From Podarcis tiliguerta (lineage: Eukaryota): a DNA stretch of 64,000 nt. Positions 61,380-64,000 of this stretch are shown here, piece after piece; the stretch's first letter is position 1; the number at the start of each line of letters is the position of its first letter. The notes below the pieces were generated by a model. The model ran no database searches. It worked only from the letters and a program-made list of their open reading frames with translations, and was not told the DNA's origin. Position numbers and translations under genes: made by a program. The DNA lies in the NCBI GenBank assembly GCA_965153285.1, contig OZ229115.1; one strand, given 5' to 3'.

Positions 61380-61545
61380 TGAGACTGAGCTTCAAATGAA
61401 GATCCCTTGCTTGAGTCTTGCCACTGCCATGAACTTACCATCTTTTTAAAAGCCAATATGTCTCTGAGCCTCAGACCCTCTCTGCAATACAGAGCTAATA
61501 ATACTGACCTACCTTACAAGGTTGCAATTGGGGCACAGGTCCTTA
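61380..61545 (+). mobile_element. MIR/CORE-SINE-like fragment
   Basis: TCTCTGAGCCTCAG...AATAATACTGACCTACCTTACAAGGTTG resembles the CORE consensus. Confidence 0.55.
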
Positions 61546-62797
61546 TGAAACTCACTGATTGTGTTTGTCAAACAGTACAGTAAGTACAGTAAGACAATTT
61601 TGTTATTGTTATTGCTATTATTGTTATTAAAAGTTGTATACTACCCTTTATCCGAAGATCTCAGGGCAGTTCACAGCATAAAAATACAATATAAAACAGC
61701 AAAAACAAAAACAAACCAATAGATGATCCTCGTGATCCATTCCAGCTCTTCAATTCTATGATTTTGTAATAACCCTCCTCTCCCACAAGCAGATTTAAAA
61801 GGATACAGGATGTGAAATGCTTTGAACGCCTATGTTTTGATGGTGTGACAGCACTGCAGGGCCAACCTCCTGACACAGGGACCACTATAGTTTATCTGTT
61901 TCGGGCAGGACAGTAGTAGTGATGTGTTGGGGCTGCACAGACGCACCAGCAGGAATCCCAGGTTGGCTCTGCCATTGCATCTGTGCAGCCCTGTTGCTGT
62001 AAACCGTAGCAACTCGGGGCTTGTAAACCGCCAGGAGCTCACTTGGTTGCCTTTTGGGCTTGGGAGTGCCCTGCCCTGCCTTTCCTAGAGACTGAAACTG
62101 GAACCTTTTGCAGGCAAGGCATGTGATCTATCACTGAACTATAGCCCTTTCCTTTCCCAACTATTTGCTCCCATTGAGAAAACTTCAACCCACCCATTCG
62201 GGGCCATTAGCCACTACAGTAATCTGCTTAGGCAAAGGAAATTTGGTCAGTCACTAACAATATTAGTTTTGGTGAATCTGGAGAGTCTTTTCTTTTGTAA
62301 TGCTTATGAGACATTAGGATGGGAAGCTTGAAGGATGCTTTGAACTTGAAATGTCAGTGTTACTGTAAAGACAGTATCATTTTTGTTGTTGCTGTGATTT
62401 CCTTTTTGTGTCTGGAGAAAGACATTGTGCCCAGGATGGGGGAAGGGGAAGAACTTTGCGAAATAGTGCTTTACTTTGCACGAAAATGAAAGATTTGATT
62501 ATTACAGTTTGGATGACATGCTTGTTAAAAGTTAATTAAAAAGGCTCTCTTAATTAAAGTGATAAGGCACAGGTGACCTTAATAAAATGTCTCTTCAATA
62601 TTAAGGTAAAATTACTCATTTTAGGGATGAATGTGACCTTCTCTCCCAGAGATCATTCACGGTAATACTTAATGTTTGTGAGTTTCAGACCTTTGATTTC
62701 TACAGTGCTGAAGTGGGTTACTGGTTAGCAGATCCTTATTTGCATGGAAGTTTGAAACACAAAGAAACTATTAATAAGGGCAATTACTGAATTGTTA

Positions 62798-63059
62798 CAG
62801 TGGTGCCTCGCAAGATGAAATTAATTCGTTCTGCGAGTTTTTTGTCTTGTGATTTTTTCGTCTTGCGAAGCACCACTGTGCATTGACGGTTTCCCATAGG
62901 AATGCATTGGCGGTTTTTTTAAAAAGGCGCAAGACGTTTTCGTCTTGCGAAGCAAGCCCATAGGGAAATCCGTCTTGCAAAGCAACTCAAAAAACGAAAA
63001 ACTCTTTCGTCTTGTGAGTTTTTCGTCTTCCGAGGCATTCGTCTTGCTAGGTACCACTG
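62798..63059. mobile_element. Palindromic Tc1/mariner MITE
   Basis: TA-CAGTGGTGCCT...AGGTACCACTG-TA; internal repeated CGTCTTGCGA units. Confidence 0.85.
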
Positions 63060-63544
63060 TATTTTTCAGTTGACAATTGTTCATTAATGAAGGGTTTTGT
63101 TATTGACCTTATTCATTAGAGAAACTTATCTTCTTCTTTTTGCTCTTAAATATATGAATCATGGTAATGGCAATCTCTCTCAACTGGGTCAGTTATTCAA
63201 CAACACACCTGTGCGCCTTTTGCTACAGACCGTTCCCCTTATACTGCCTTGAGTGAGTGCTACTGAGGAATAAAATGATGAGTAATCTTAGAACAGGAAT
63301 TTCTGGCCAGAGATAACACTGGACCTTCTCTTTGCTGACATGTGGACTTTTAAAGCTCTCCTGGTCCCTGAAGAATTCAAGGAAACTCAAATTTTGAGCC
63401 CTATTTTGTGCCATTTTGATTAGCCTGTTAAAGGCGTCAGCATCGCCCTTGAGCCAGTGCCACCAACTGGACTCACACTGGACTGGGCTAGGCGAGCTGG
63501 GTAGCACTTCCAGAGACCACCTCCTGCACAGGAACAGGTCAAAG

Positions 63545-63890
63545 TGCTGTGGACTTACAGCTTAGAGTTGTGAGCACTGGATTCACTCCAACAAGAAGAC
63601 AGTCGTCGCACAGCAGAGTACAGCAGAGTATAGCAGAGCATAAACGACTCGGAGAGCAGCTCTGTAGAATATCTTCTTTTATTCTATCTACAACTATAAT
63701 ACACAACTATATACAGAGCTAAATGAGGTCTAAGCTTAAATGAATGCTGAACTGCACTGAGTGTCTGCAGCTGCTCTTAGCAGCAACCTTATCTATACAC
63801 ACGATCTCTAACACTCAGTCTCTCTCTCTCCGACACACTGACTGACTGACTGATGTTAGGCTGGAGCGGAATAAGTAGGGAGCAGAACAC
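63545..63890 (-). mobile_element. Possible solo LTR-like element
   Basis: TG...CA-bounded segment with minus-strand AATAAA (~63678), short tandem repeats (CAGCAGAGTA x3; ACTG x4) and more CpG than flanks; no TSD found. Confidence 0.3.
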
Positions 63891-64000
63891 CGACCCTCCT
63901 CTCTGGAAAATCACCAGACTCATCAGCAGATTCTTGGATATGGGAGGGGTGAAATCTCCTTAAAAGGTATTGCCCATTTTAGATTTTTTCCCCCTTATAT

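Noticed and set aside
60600-64000. Additional gene downstream of CMPK1
   Set aside because: No exon-like ORF or CpG island seen; only repeats and short random ORFs

Overview
Eukaryotic (vertebrate) genomic DNA. The repeat content (Squam3-like and other tRNA-derived SINEs, CR1, L2, Penelope relics, Tc1/mariner and hAT MITEs) points to a squamate reptile, probably a lacertid lizard (inference). The window holds the well-known conserved TAL1(SCL)-STIL-CMPK1 block in compact form. TAL1 is on the minus strand: 3 coding exons, 373 aa, ~4.1 kb 3'UTR, promoter near 24.65 kb. STIL is on the minus strand: 16 coding exons, 1317 aa. CMPK1 is on the plus strand: 6 coding exons, 196 aa from the second ATG or 235 aa from the first. 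I assembled all exons by hand with GT-AG boundaries and consistent phases. There is one 168-nt assembly gap. I found no new gene family. The best second-look signals are regulatory: (1) a ~79-bp Penelope-derived hairpin with a decayed hammerhead core in the TAL1 3'UTR; (2) splice-dependent uORFs overlapping the TAL1 start codon; (3) GTG in place of the Met176 that starts mammalian TAL1-short; (4) a mitochondrial-presequence-like N-terminal extension on CMPK1; (5) a ~14-kb CpG-retaining domain over TAL1; (6) a tight STIL/CMPK1 divergent promoter. Comparisons with human sequences are from memory and need alignment.
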